DNA from: Bacillus subtilis subsp. subtilis str. 168
GTDB lineage: Bacteria; Bacillota; Bacilli; Bacillales; Bacillaceae
NCBI RefSeq assembly: GCF_000009045.1
Contig: NC_000964.3
Location: 3,038,001 to 3,102,000 of the forward strand
Direction: 5' to 3'
DNA length: 64,000 bases
How positions within the stretch are numbered: the first letter of the stretch is position 1; the number at the start of each line of letters is the position of its first letter. Positions 22,395 to 32,247 of the stretch are shown here, piece after piece. Position numbers and translations under genes: made by a program. The notes below the pieces were generated by a model. The model was not told where the DNA came from and searched no databases. It worked only from the letters and a program-made list of their open reading frames with translations.

Positions 22395-22673
22395 ATGGGT
22401 TTACATTATGAGCATCAAGTTCATTTATTGAAGGATATATTGACTGACCATCAATTGGACTGCTGCGGAACAGTCGCAGAGTACGAGCAGCTTGAGCGTG
22501 TGATTAAATCACTGATGGCAAACACCGAGCTTGATTCAAATTTCAAAAACGTGCTTGAAGATGTTTACCGCTACAGCCAATCAGGAATATCGTCCAAATC
22601 CATCGACTCACACATACAAGAGCATCAGAACAGCCTGTCTCAATGGGTAGAGCAAATGGATTCGTATTCCTGA
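22395..22673 (+). CDS. ytzH: YtzH family small protein, 92 aa
   Basis: Recognised sequence; GAAGGGA RBS; the alternative start 22383 cannot be excluded. Confidence 0.85.
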   Translation: MGLHYEHQVHLLKDILTDHQLDCCGTVAEYEQLERVIKSLMANTELDSNFKNVLEDVYRYSQSGISSKSIDSHIQEHQNSLSQWVEQMDSYS

Positions 22674-23483
22674 TTAATCAACAATTCGTTTCATGAGGAT
22701 ATGCAGCTCTTCCATTGCATCATGAAATTCCTTATCATTGCCTTTTGCTTTATGCCAGGCAATGAAAGTAATTGTTTCAGATAACACATACCAAGCCATT
22801 CGCAACCGAAGGCTTTCTGTCAGCTCTATGCCGTACATGCTCAGCCAGCTCTCCCAAGCTGGCTTTTCGACGTAGTGGTACAGCAAAGGCCCGAGGTCCA
22901 TCGCCGGATCAGCGATCATGGCGCCGTCCCAGTCAATTAAATACAGCTGGTTGTCTTCAGACAATAGCCAGTTATTATGATTGACATCACAATGGCAAAC
23001 GACTTTCTCACCGAAATGCACTTCATGCAGGTGTTCTTCCAAATACTTGATCCCTTCTTGAATCAGCGGCGAAGATTGCTGCACAGCAAATACAGCCTGC
23101 TTCAGCTGAGACAAAAGAGCCCCCGGGTTCAGCGGTTCTTTTCCAAGTCTCTTCAGCATGTCCAGCAAGGCTTTTGATGTGTGTATTTTACGAAGCAATT
23201 CAGCAACGGGCCGTCCGCTCATGTCTTTAGGCTTCAGCTCTCTGCCGGTCATCCAGTGCTGGGCCGTAATGACGTCCCCATTTTCCATCCGTTTTGTCCA
23301 AACCAGCTTCGGAACAATGCCTTCGGCGGATAAAACAGCTAAAAAAGGTGAGCTATTACGTTTTAAAAAAAGCTGCTGCCCGTTATGTTTCGCATAATAT
23401 GCATCTCCTGTAGCTCCTCCGGCGGGGAAGATCTCCCAATCGCTACCTAGTAATTGTCCCAACCAGTTCATATCAATGTTCAA
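22674..23483 (-). CDS. ccrZ: APH/choline-kinase-like phosphotransferase, cell-cycle regulator CcrZ
   Basis: HCDVNHNNW Brenner motif and LIDWD; former name ytmP; near trmB as in other Firmicutes. Confidence 0.9.
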   Translation of the reverse strand: MNIDMNWLGQLLGSDWEIFPAGGATGDAYYAKHNGQQLFLKRNSSPFLAVLSAEGIVPKLVWTKRMENGDVITAQHWMTGRELKPKDMSGRPVAELLRKIHTSKALLDMLKRLGKEPLNPGALLSQLKQAVFAVQQSSPLIQEGIKYLEEHLHEVHFGEKVVCHCDVNHNNWLLSEDNQLYLIDWDGAMIADPAMDLGPLLYHYVEKPAWESWLSMYGIELTESLRLRMAWYVLSETITFIAWHKAKGNDKEFHDAMEELHILMKRIVD

Positions 23484-23572
23484 CCCATCATTTCTTAAAA
23501 TATTTTAGAATTAAGGCTAATCGTTTCTAGTCTATCCAGCGAATGCCTTTTTCGTACGAATCGTATAAAAAT

Positions 23573-23618
23573 AAAAAAGACAGCTATTGAGAGTCTCATA
23601 TGCTAATCAATAGCCGTC
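23573..23618 (-). terminator. Terminator after amyX
   Basis: GACGGCTATTGA-16nt-TCAATAGCTGTC followed by TTTTTT. Confidence 0.8.
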
Positions 23619-23650
23619 CTTTAAATTTTAGCGCTATAGCACAAACTTCG

Positions 23651-25807
23651 TCAAGCAAAACTCTTAAGATCTGATGCTAAATATAAGATAACCGTTCCGA
23701 TGCCGTTTACTGCAACCGTTTTCTTGATTTCTGTTGGGTCTTCCTGAAATCCTGATGGATCACATAAAAGCCGATAAGGTATGTCGTTTGGCAGCCTCCA
23801 CTCGACGGAGTCTGGACTCGCGTGATGGATAACAATGATATCTTTCCATTCGTCAACCTCGTCAAGATCATAAAGCCTGTATGCGATAAGGTGTTCTTTT
23901 AGCGTCAAGCATTCAAGATGGCGCTGGATGTCTGCAGCGGACCTAAGACGGAATGCAGGATGCGCTTTTCTCAGCGAGATCAGCCTGCGGATATAGTGAA
24001 CATCTTCTTTGAATGTTTCACGGCGATCCCAGTCGAGCTGGTTGATGCTGTCACTGGATTGATAGCTGTTTTCCACTCCCTGCTTCGTCCGGAAAAATTC
24101 CTGGCCGCTGTGAATAAACGGCACCCCTTGGGCAAGCAAAATAATCGCGGCTGCAAGCCTTTGCCTGCTTCGCTTTCGGCTGTCATTTTCTTGAGGAAGC
24201 GCAAAGCTCATTTTATCCCAAAAGGTGTGATTGTCGTGTGATTCGACATAATTGATGGACTGGCTTGGTTCCGGAACAATCGGTGCTAATGCCTTCCATC
24301 CGGAAGACCCGGCAATTCCATGCATCACAGCTTGTGCTGATTCACCGTTGCCGAGCGCAAACCCTGTTGCCTTAAGGTGAAAGGTGTTCCCTTTTACAGC
24401 GTCACGAAACATATCATTAAAAAAGCCGATGCCCGGCATTCTTGGCGCGTTCGCCAAAGCAGCTTTCTGTTCATGCGGCAGCGGTGTAGCCAGGTCCCAC
24501 CCTTCTCCAAAAAGCAGGATTCCGGGCTTTGCCTTAGTTGCTTTCTCTTTCATATAAAGCACGGTGTCAATATCTAAAATCCCGAGGAGATCAAAGCGGA
24601 AGCCGTCAACATTGTATTCTTCAAGCCAATAGACCACGCAATCCGCAATGAATTTTCTTGCCATCCTTCTTTCTGATGCAATATCATTGCCAACGCCGGT
24701 GCCGTTTGATGGCATCCCACATTCGTCGTGCCGGAAAAAATAACCGGGCACTGTCTTTTCAAAGGGGGAATTCTCCCTCTTATACACATGGTTAAAAACA
24801 ACATCCAGAATGACTCGCAGACCGTGCTGATGCAGGGTATTGATCATTTGTTTCAGCTCTGTTTTTCTCGTTTGAGGATCATGAGGATTTGAGGCATAGC
24901 TTCCCTCCGGGGCAAAGAAATGAAGCGGGTTATATCCCCAATTGTATGCATCAAGCGGCTTCTCTTCATCAACTCCGGCAAAATCATTCACCGGCAGAAG
25001 CTCCACATGTGTCACACCAAGCTCTTTTACATACGCTAATCCCGAAGAACTGCCATTTGCGGTTTGTGTATCAGTTTCCGTCAGCGCTAAGTATTTTCCC
25101 TTGTTTATCATGCCGCTGTTTTCATGGATGGAGAAGTCGCGAAGATGCGTCTCATAGATGACGGCATCCACAGGGTGTGAGAATGGTTTAAGAGGAGCAG
25201 TCCATTTCATTTGATCCGGGCGCAAGACGACGCCCTTCTCTCCATTTACAGTCACAGCCTTGGCATACTGGTCAACTGTTTCCATCCATTCTGAATTGTT
25301 GCAGATGCAAAACAAATACTCATATCCGTGAAGGTCACCTGTGACCGTAACGGCATAGACGCCTTTTTCCAAGCGAGTCATTTGGAATGTGCGCCCGCTT
25401 TTATTGGGGTGTGAAAGCTTGACAGCAGCTGAGGTTGCAGCAGGCGCCCATACTTTAAATACGGTATGATCCGCGGTATAAACGGCGCCCAGCTCTCCGT
25501 CATAATAAAATTCGTCATCAAACGCTGCCGTCCGGATGACCGCGCCAATTTGGAGATCCGTTTTGTGGCCGCTGGATGCTCTGACGCAATGGATTTTTCC
25601 AAATGTCACAGGATGGTCGGATACGCAGACGTACTTGTATTTTGCTTCAAGGGAGTATTCCTCCCTGACAGCCAGAGGAAAATCTGTTATTTCTGTCTCA
25701 AGCCGAAACGGCGGTGTCATGATTTCCTTTTGTTCAGCAGGAATCAGAACAGTAATGATATTCATGTCATCGACATACGCTTCGAAGCTGCGGCGGATGC
25801 TGACCAT
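23651..25807 (-). CDS. amyX: Type I pullulanase / glycogen debranching enzyme (GH13)
   Basis: YNWGYNP, DVVFNH, GFRFDLLG, GEGW and YVESHDN motifs. Confidence 0.96.
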   Translation of the reverse strand: MVSIRRSFEAYVDDMNIITVLIPAEQKEIMTPPFRLETEITDFPLAVREEYSLEAKYKYVCVSDHPVTFGKIHCVRASSGHKTDLQIGAVIRTAAFDDEFYYDGELGAVYTADHTVFKVWAPAATSAAVKLSHPNKSGRTFQMTRLEKGVYAVTVTGDLHGYEYLFCICNNSEWMETVDQYAKAVTVNGEKGVVLRPDQMKWTAPLKPFSHPVDAVIYETHLRDFSIHENSGMINKGKYLALTETDTQTANGSSSGLAYVKELGVTHVELLPVNDFAGVDEEKPLDAYNWGYNPLHFFAPEGSYASNPHDPQTRKTELKQMINTLHQHGLRVILDVVFNHVYKRENSPFEKTVPGYFFRHDECGMPSNGTGVGNDIASERRMARKFIADCVVYWLEEYNVDGFRFDLLGILDIDTVLYMKEKATKAKPGILLFGEGWDLATPLPHEQKAALANAPRMPGIGFFNDMFRDAVKGNTFHLKATGFALGNGESAQAVMHGIAGSSGWKALAPIVPEPSQSINYVESHDNHTFWDKMSFALPQENDSRKRSRQRLAAAIILLAQGVPFIHSGQEFFRTKQGVENSYQSSDSINQLDWDRRETFKEDVHYIRRLISLRKAHPAFRLRSAADIQRHLECLTLKEHLIAYRLYDLDEVDEWKDIIVIHHASPDSVEWRLPNDIPYRLLCDPSGFQEDPTEIKKTVAVNGIGTVILYLASDLKSFA

Positions 25808-25832
25808 CGGAAGCTCTCTCCTCCAAACACGT

Positions 25833-26762
25833 TTATGTTTTGATTCTTAGGGGTGAAGGACTAGATGCCAGACGAAACGGGGTAGTGCCCATGATTTCTC
25901 CGTCAGCATGGAACGGGATTTTGTCCTTCGTGTAAAATGTAATGTCCTTCGCTTTAAACATCGTAACGCCATCCATCTTTGTATGTTTTCCAAATGCCAT
26001 GAGACATAAAAGCCAATATTTTTTCAAAAACGGCTGGTTTTCAACGATTACGATATCAAATGTCTTCTCGCGCGGATTTGCTAGGGGCGCCGCCTTCATG
26101 CCTCCCCCGTAAAACGGATGGTTGGATACAACGGCAAACCAGACATCATGAAATTCGCGCGTCTCGTCTTCCGTCGTACAAGCTAATGTAAACGGCTTAA
26201 AGGTTGCCGAAGCGTGCAAATGAGAAAGCGGATACACAAGAAATCGAAGGCGGAGAAAAAGAAAAACCCGTCTCAACGGAAATTCCATCGCCTTTTTATT
26301 GACATATGCGTCAAACCCGATCCCGATATGATTCATAAAATAAAGAATCTGTGATTTATCCTGAAGGAAATTGACGCTCCCTAAATGAAAGGTTCTTGTT
26401 AACGGGCGCTTTACCTTCTTGATTTCCTGTATCAGATCGATTTTTTTAATAGAGAACCCTCGCGAAAAATCATTATACGCGCCCGCCGGCACAAAGCTCA
26501 GCTCAATATCGTCAACATCTTTCAGCCCGTTGACAACTTCATGCATGGTTCCGTCTCCGCCAATGACGATCAGGCGCTTCAGCTTATATTCCTGTATCGT
26601 TGAAATCTGTCTGGCGAGCACCTCGGCGTGTCCCGGATGTTCAGTTAAAAATGAACGGTGCTCAACCTTTCGTTTGATCAATTCTTTTTGAATGGACTTC
26701 CAAACACGCAGGCCGTTTCGATGTCCTGCTGTCGGATTAATAATAAAAAACCAATGGCTCAT
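25833..26762 (-). CDS. ytlR: Diacylglycerol-kinase-family (YegS/BmrU) protein
   Basis: INPTAG, GGDGTMHEVVNG and HADGE motifs. Confidence 0.9.
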   Translation of the reverse strand: MSHWFFIINPTAGHRNGLRVWKSIQKELIKRKVEHRSFLTEHPGHAEVLARQISTIQEYKLKRLIVIGGDGTMHEVVNGLKDVDDIELSFVPAGAYNDFSRGFSIKKIDLIQEIKKVKRPLTRTFHLGSVNFLQDKSQILYFMNHIGIGFDAYVNKKAMEFPLRRVFLFLRLRFLVYPLSHLHASATFKPFTLACTTEDETREFHDVWFAVVSNHPFYGGGMKAAPLANPREKTFDIVIVENQPFLKKYWLLCLMAFGKHTKMDGVTMFKAKDITFYTKDKIPFHADGEIMGTTPFRLASSPSPLRIKT

Positions 26763-26810
26763 CTTTCTCACCTGCTTATGTTATGAGAAAACCGCTCAAA
26801 TCGTTCTCTT

Positions 26811-27725
26811 TTACTCCAGCCACTCCTGTCTGCGATAGGAGTCAGACATGCAGTAAGACAATAGAGCCTTTGCAGCCTTTACCTGATGATGTTTGATCGG
26901 AGCAGTGTTTTTCTTCTGCCGCTCAATCCATTCTTCCGCGCTCCGCTTATCCGCTATTTCTAAGCCGTATGGCGGCTCCGGGTAATCGATGTACGACGTT
27001 CTGCTCAGAAGCAATTTTCGAACCGGAATCTCAGCCTGTTTTTCCTTTACGATCTTTGACACAACCGAGTCCGTACGAAACAGGCTAAGCCCTGGATTTA
27101 ACACTGATGCAGTCTGAGAGGCTGTTTTCTTGTCCCAAAAACGATTTTTAGACCCTATGTAGACACTGTCTTCCTCAGCCTCTAAAAAAGAAACGCAATA
27201 AATTTCCAGAGGAGAAATAATCACAATGCTTAATTCAACCGCCGCCTGCTGAATTTTCAGCACAGGCTTATACATAATAAAATAAGAATCAGGCAGCTGC
27301 TGGGTCAGATAACGCAAAATGCGGTCCTGCTTCACTTGGTTTGAGAGTTGAGATATTTCTGAAAGAGTAGAGCTTGCCCATTTGAGCTGAAAATCATATA
27401 AATGCCTTTTATAAAAAGAAGCAAGCGCCACCCTGCTCTTCGGGAGCCTTACATGAATATCTTCTTCGTCCTCAAACCATTGGTGTCTCTCTTCTTGTAT
27501 ATCGGCTTTTATCTCTTCTTTTCTTCTTTTCAATGAAAATTTTTTTCGTTTCTGCACCGGTTCCGGTTCTTCAGCACTGGCTTGCCTTTCTTCATGCTGG
27601 CGCTCCGCTGCTTCTACTAGTGAAAGCCAGCGCTCTTTTTTCAAACGTACAAACTGGTTGATATAATGGTACGGATCAAGCTCATATCTCGATATATAAT
27701 CATGAATTTTGATGATTTGTGCCAT
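26811..27725 (-). CDS. ytlQ: NERD-like domain protein
   Basis: Recognised sequence; charged N-terminal half followed by a NERD-like beta-strand region. Confidence 0.8.
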
Positions 27726-27750
27726 GTTTGTTTCTCCACTCCGCAATGAA

Positions 27751-28302
27751 TTAAGATAATTGAAATTTGAATATTTCCTCGTATTTTGGTGATTGGTTCA
27801 AGTGTATTTGAAAGAGCGAAAATCGTTCAGCCATCATCGAAACCTCGCCGCTTTCAAACGGAACATGAGCTGGAAATCCATCTTCGCCTGTCCATTTTCT
27901 TGCCAGCGTCATATGAGGATGATACGGTCTTTTTTCCACTTGAAAGCCGGCCTGAAGTACAGCCTGCTTCGTATGTTCCCGCAGTCTATCAAGCGTTTTG
28001 TTTTTCTTTGGCTCCAGATGTAAAACGCGCGGCTTTCTGCGGTCGCCGAATACATCTATCTTGCCAAACTTAATTGAAAATGGATCAATTTCTGAAGCAA
28101 TCTCTGCTAGCGAACCTTCAAGCTTCTTTATTTGTGTCTCATCCGCCGCTCCGAGAAAAATTAACGTGATATGATAGTCAAGCGGGTGCACCCATTTTTG
28201 AAACGTCAATATCGGTTCGTTTTTCGCAGCCTGGTAGATCGGATTTGCAATTCCCTCAGGTATGGGAACGCCGATGAAATAATGAGGCCGTATATCTGGC
28301 AT
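27751..28302 (-). CDS. ytlP: 2H phosphoesterase (RNA 2',3'-cyclic phosphodiesterase / 2'-5' ligase family), 183 aa
   Basis: Two HxT motifs (YHITL, PHMTLAR); AAGGAG RBS before MPDIR. Confidence 0.92.
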
Positions 28303-28450
28303 CCGTCTGACACTCCCTTCTTTGACAGCTATTATTTTATCAATAAAGAGGCTGTGCGGATAGAGGAACAGTGTATGAAAACACTCTCGCACAAACGTTT
28401 ATTATGTTAGGATATTATATGACACTTGTTTTATTCAGAAAGGAATGACA

Positions 28451-29386
28451 ATGTTGAAAATCGTTGCAAACACAGCTGATCTGATAGGAGATACACCGCT
28501 AGTGAGATTGAATCGGCTTCAGCCGGAAAATGCGGCACAAGTCTATTTAAAGCTTGAATTTTTCAATCCGAGCGGCAGTGTGAAAGACAGAGCCGCTTAT
28601 CAAATGATCATAGAAGCTGAACAAAACGGTTTACTCAAGCCGGGATCAGTTATTATAGAGCCGACAAGCGGAAATACCGGCATCGGGCTCGCCATGAATG
28701 CGGCAGCACGCGGATATAAAGCAATCTTAGTTATGCCTGATACGATGACGAAGGAACGGATCAACCTACTTAAAGCTTACGGTGCAGAGGTTGTATTAAC
28801 TCCCGGAGAGGAAAGAATGCCGGGCAGCATCAAAAAAGCGAAGGAGCTTGCCGAACAAATTCCGAACAGCTATATTCCAATGCAGTTCGATAACACTGCT
28901 AATCCTGATGCGCACCGAAAAACAACAGCGCCTGAAATCGCCCGGGCAATAGAGGAAATCGGAAAACCGCTCGGCGCTTTTGTAGCCTCCTCTGGAACGG
29001 GCGGAACCATTACCGGAACAGGTGAGGCGCTCAAAGAGCTTTTTCCGGATATCACGGTTCATGTTGTTGAGCCAGCGGGTTCGCCTGTATTATCCGGCGG
29101 AAAACCTGGCGCGCATAAACTTGTAGGAACGAGCCCAGGCTTTATACCGCCGATTTTAAATGAAGACGTTTATGATGAAATTATCAAAATCTCTGATGAA
29201 GACGCGTATACGACGACAAGACGGCTTGCTGCTGAAGAAGGAATTCTTGTCGGTCCTTCATCAGGCGCTGCCTGCTTCGCGGCAATCGAAACAGCGAAAC
29301 GCCTCTCTCCTGACAAAGTTGTGGTCTGCATGACAGCTGATACAGGAGAACGGTACTTATCAACTGATTTATGGTCATTTATTTAA
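28451..29386 (+). CDS. ytkP: Cysteine synthase-like PLP enzyme (CysK paralogue)
   Basis: SVKDR PLP-lysine, EPTSGNTG and GTGGT motifs. Confidence 0.93.
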   Translation: MLKIVANTADLIGDTPLVRLNRLQPENAAQVYLKLEFFNPSGSVKDRAAYQMIIEAEQNGLLKPGSVIIEPTSGNTGIGLAMNAAARGYKAILVMPDTMTKERINLLKAYGAEVVLTPGEERMPGSIKKAKELAEQIPNSYIPMQFDNTANPDAHRKTTAPEIARAIEEIGKPLGAFVASSGTGGTITGTGEALKELFPDITVHVVEPAGSPVLSGGKPGAHKLVGTSPGFIPPILNEDVYDEIIKISDEDAYTTTRRLAAEEGILVGPSSGAACFAAIETAKRLSPDKVVVCMTADTGERYLSTDLWSFI

Positions 29387-29421
29387 AAAAAGGACTGGCT
29401 TCAGCAGAAGCCGGTCCTTTT
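29385..29421. terminator. Bidirectional terminator ytkP/ytjP
   Basis: AAAAGGACTGGCTTC-4nt-GAAGCCGGTCCTTTT. Confidence 0.9.
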
Positions 29422-30811
29422 ATTTTGCAAGCTCGTAAATGGCCTGAGCATATAACGCTGTCGATCTCAGCAGGTCATCAATTTCGATATATTCATCCTT
29501 TTGGTGTGCGCTGTCAGGGCGTCCGGGGAACAGCGGGCCGAACGCGACACCGGCTTTTAAGGATCTCGCATAAGTCCCCCCGCCGATTGAGATTAAATCA
29601 GCTTTTTTACCCAGCTGGCCTTCATAAACCTTTTGCAGGGTTTTGACTAACGGATGATCTGCGGACACGTGATGCGGCTTGCTGTCTTTGAATTCTCCCA
29701 GCTCAAATTCAGATGCGCTTTCGAATGTATCGCGGATCACTTTGCTTTCTGCTGTCACAGGATAGCGGATATTGATCCCGAGCTCGCCTCCTTGCCCTTC
29801 TTTATAGCGCAGTGTTCCGACATTTAATGTCAGCTCTCCGCTGATTTCATCCTCACAGTCGATGTCCAGTTTTTTTCCTCTTGTATCACCTGAGAACTTA
29901 TCTGTCACAACTTGCACAAACCGCTTTCCTGCATCGTCAAGCTCAGTCTGCTGGAGAAATTCGCACAATAAAATGCCGGCATTGATCCCATTGTTCGGTT
30001 CCATCGCATGGCAGGAAAGACCGTACATACGCAAAATGAGCTGTCCGTTCTCTATTGCAGCTTCCCCTTTTTGGTCCGTCGTGCGGAGCATGTCTTTAAA
30101 TGAAGACAGAATCTCTTCATTTTTCGGCCCTTCAATGACAGCTTCCGCAGCGTCGGGCACCATGTTTAAGCGAAGGCCTGATTGAAACGAGACAAGCACT
30201 GCCTTTGGTTCAGCTTGATTTGGGCGGTGCGGAATAAGTAAAGAAGCATCGATGATCCCTTTTTCCGCATTAATGATCGGAAAATCGGCGTCAGGCGCAA
30301 AGCCCATTGTTGGCATTTCTTCATGCTTGAAATAATGCTCTACGCATCTCCAATCACTTTCTTCATCTGTTCCGATAATCATTCTGACTCGCTTGGACAG
30401 GGGCAAATTCATGTCTTTCACGATTTTCAGCGCGTAGAATGCCGCCATTGTCGGGCCTTTGTCATCAATGGCGCCCCTTGCATAAATCCGTCCGTTGCGG
30501 ATTTCAGCTGAAAATGGATCACTCGTCCACCCATCTCCCGGCGGCACGACGTCAACATGGCAAAGTACGCCGATAATGTCATCGCCCTCCCCCCATTCAA
30601 TATGACCTGCGAAGCCGTCAAGATTTTTTGTTGTAAAGCCTTCTTTTTCTCCAAGCTCCAGCAATGAAGTCAGGCTGGCATTTACCCCTTCTCCAAACGG
30701 TTTACCGGGTCCGGCGGTTGTTTCGTCCATGACACTGTTGATTCTCAAAAATTCCTGTGTATCACGAATTAAATCCTCTTTTTTTCTGATCACTTCAACT
30801 TCCCAGTTCAT
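29420..30811 (-). CDS. ytjP: M20 family dipeptidase (PepV-like), 463 aa
   Basis: [22 protein letters not shown] and GGGTYAR motifs. Confidence 0.93.
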   Translation of the reverse strand: MNWEVEVIRKKEDLIRDTQEFLRINSVMDETTAGPGKPFGEGVNASLTSLLELGEKEGFTTKNLDGFAGHIEWGEGDDIIGVLCHVDVVPPGDGWTSDPFSAEIRNGRIYARGAIDDKGPTMAAFYALKIVKDMNLPLSKRVRMIIGTDEESDWRCVEHYFKHEEMPTMGFAPDADFPIINAEKGIIDASLLIPHRPNQAEPKAVLVSFQSGLRLNMVPDAAEAVIEGPKNEEILSSFKDMLRTTDQKGEAAIENGQLILRMYGLSCHAMEPNNGINAGILLCEFLQQTELDDAGKRFVQVVTDKFSGDTRGKKLDIDCEDEISGELTLNVGTLRYKEGQGGELGINIRYPVTAESKVIRDTFESASEFELGEFKDSKPHHVSADHPLVKTLQKVYEGQLGKKADLISIGGGTYARSLKAGVAFGPLFPGRPDSAHQKDEYIEIDDLLRSTALYAQAIYELAK

Positions 30812-30851
30812 AATGATCCCCTTTCCGCAAGAAATGACTTGCAAAAACCAA

Positions 30852-30897
30852 ATAAAACGAATAATATTAATGGTGTTTTGTTAAAACGTTCGTAATT
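30852..30897. promoter_or_regulatory. Pair of PurBox-like sites (PurR) upstream of pbuO
   Basis: AAAACGAATAAT (plus strand) and AATTACGAACGTT (minus strand), inverted orientation, resemble AWWWCCGAACWWT. Confidence 0.7.
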
Positions 30898-30907
30898 GGA
30901 GGATACT

Positions 30908-32206
30908 ATGTTTCATCTAAAAGAGCAGCAAACATCCATAAAGCAAGAAATCATAGCAGGGCTGACGACCTTTTTCACAATGGTCTATATCGTCGTGGTC
31001 AATCCGGTCATTCTGGCTAACGCCGGGGTTCCTTTCGACCAGGTTTTCACCGCAACGATTATTGCCTCCATTGTCGGAACGCTGTGGATGGCCCTGGCAG
31101 CAAATTATCCGATTGCTATTGCGCCCGGCATGGGCTTGAACGCTTATTTAGCCTTTCATGTCGTAAGCGCAAGCGATGGCGGCATCACGTACGCAACAGC
31201 TTTCAGCGCAGTATTTACAGCAGGGGTTCTCTTCATTATTCTATCGTTAACGCCTTTAAGAAAACAACTTATAGAAGCGATTCCAAACAATTTAAAATAC
31301 GGGATCACAACAGGGATCGGGCTGTTTATTGCTTTTATCGGTTTGCGTCAAGCGGGAATTGTGGCAGCTGATGAGTCAAACCTGGTCACTCTCGGCAATC
31401 TGCATTCACCTGGTGTTATCTTAACGCTGGTCGGCCTTTTGATCAGCGTGGTCCTGATGGTGCTGAATGTAAGCGGCGCTTTATTTATCGGAATGGCAGC
31501 TACCGCTTTGATCGCCTTTTTCACCGGTCAGCTCCATTTTTCAAAGGGATTTATGTCGCTTCCTCATTTGCCGGAAGGATTGATGATCTCAAATCCATTT
31601 ACCGCTTTTGGCGATGTCATTCATCACGGCCTGTACGCTGTCGTCTTTTCTTTTCTATTAGTCACCATTTTTGATACGACAGGCACGATGATCGGAGTTG
31701 CCGAGCAAGCCGGGCTGATGAAAAACAACAAGCTGCCGAACGTGCGAAAAGCGCTGCTTGCTGATTCAACCGCGACGACAGTAGGAGCTGTTTTCGGCAC
31801 AAGTCCGACGACTGCATTTATCGAGTCTTCCGCCGGTGTCGCAGCCGGGGGAAGAACGGGGCTTACGGCTTTGACTGTCGCGGTGATGTTTGCGGCTTCA
31901 ATGTTTTTCAGTCCGCTTGTCAGCGCCTTGTCAGGTATAGCCGCCATCACCTCGCCTGCTTTGATTATCGTCGGCAGCCTGATGATGGGCTCAGTTTCCA
32001 ATATGAACTGGAAAGAGATGGACGAGGCATTTCCTGCGTTTCTCGTCATTCTAGCCATGCCTTTGACCTCGAGCATTTCTACAGGAATCGCGCTTGGCTT
32101 TATTTCGTACCCAATTGTAAAAGCGGCGCGGGGAAAATGGAGAGAGATTCATCCGCTCGTCATCGTTTTCGCCATTCTGTTTTTCATCCAGCTGTTTATT
32201 TTATAA
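30908..32206 (+). CDS. pbuO: Hypoxanthine/guanine permease (NCS2/AzgA family)
   Basis: APGMGLNA, FDTTGT and ESSAGVAAGGRTGLT motifs; many TM helices. Confidence 0.93.
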   Translation: MFHLKEQQTSIKQEIIAGLTTFFTMVYIVVVNPVILANAGVPFDQVFTATIIASIVGTLWMALAANYPIAIAPGMGLNAYLAFHVVSASDGGITYATAFSAVFTAGVLFIILSLTPLRKQLIEAIPNNLKYGITTGIGLFIAFIGLRQAGIVAADESNLVTLGNLHSPGVILTLVGLLISVVLMVLNVSGALFIGMAATALIAFFTGQLHFSKGFMSLPHLPEGLMISNPFTAFGDVIHHGLYAVVFSFLLVTIFDTTGTMIGVAEQAGLMKNNKLPNVRKALLADSTATTVGAVFGTSPTTAFIESSAGVAAGGRTGLTALTVAVMFAASMFFSPLVSALSGIAAITSPALIIVGSLMMGSVSNMNWKEMDEAFPAFLVILAMPLTSSISTGIALGFISYPIVKAARGKWREIHPLVIVFAILFFIQLFIL

Positions 32207-32215
32207 GGATAGACC

Positions 32216-32247
32216 AAAAAACCCAAACGTCGCCGTTTGGGTTTTTT
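32216..32247. terminator. Bidirectional terminator pbuO/ythQ
   Basis: AAAAAACCCAAACG-4nt-CGTTTGGGTTTTTT. Confidence 0.92.

Noticed and set aside
31624-32076. 150-aa minus-strand ORF
   Set aside because: Antisense to pbuO in the codon-mirrored frame; typical shadow ORF.
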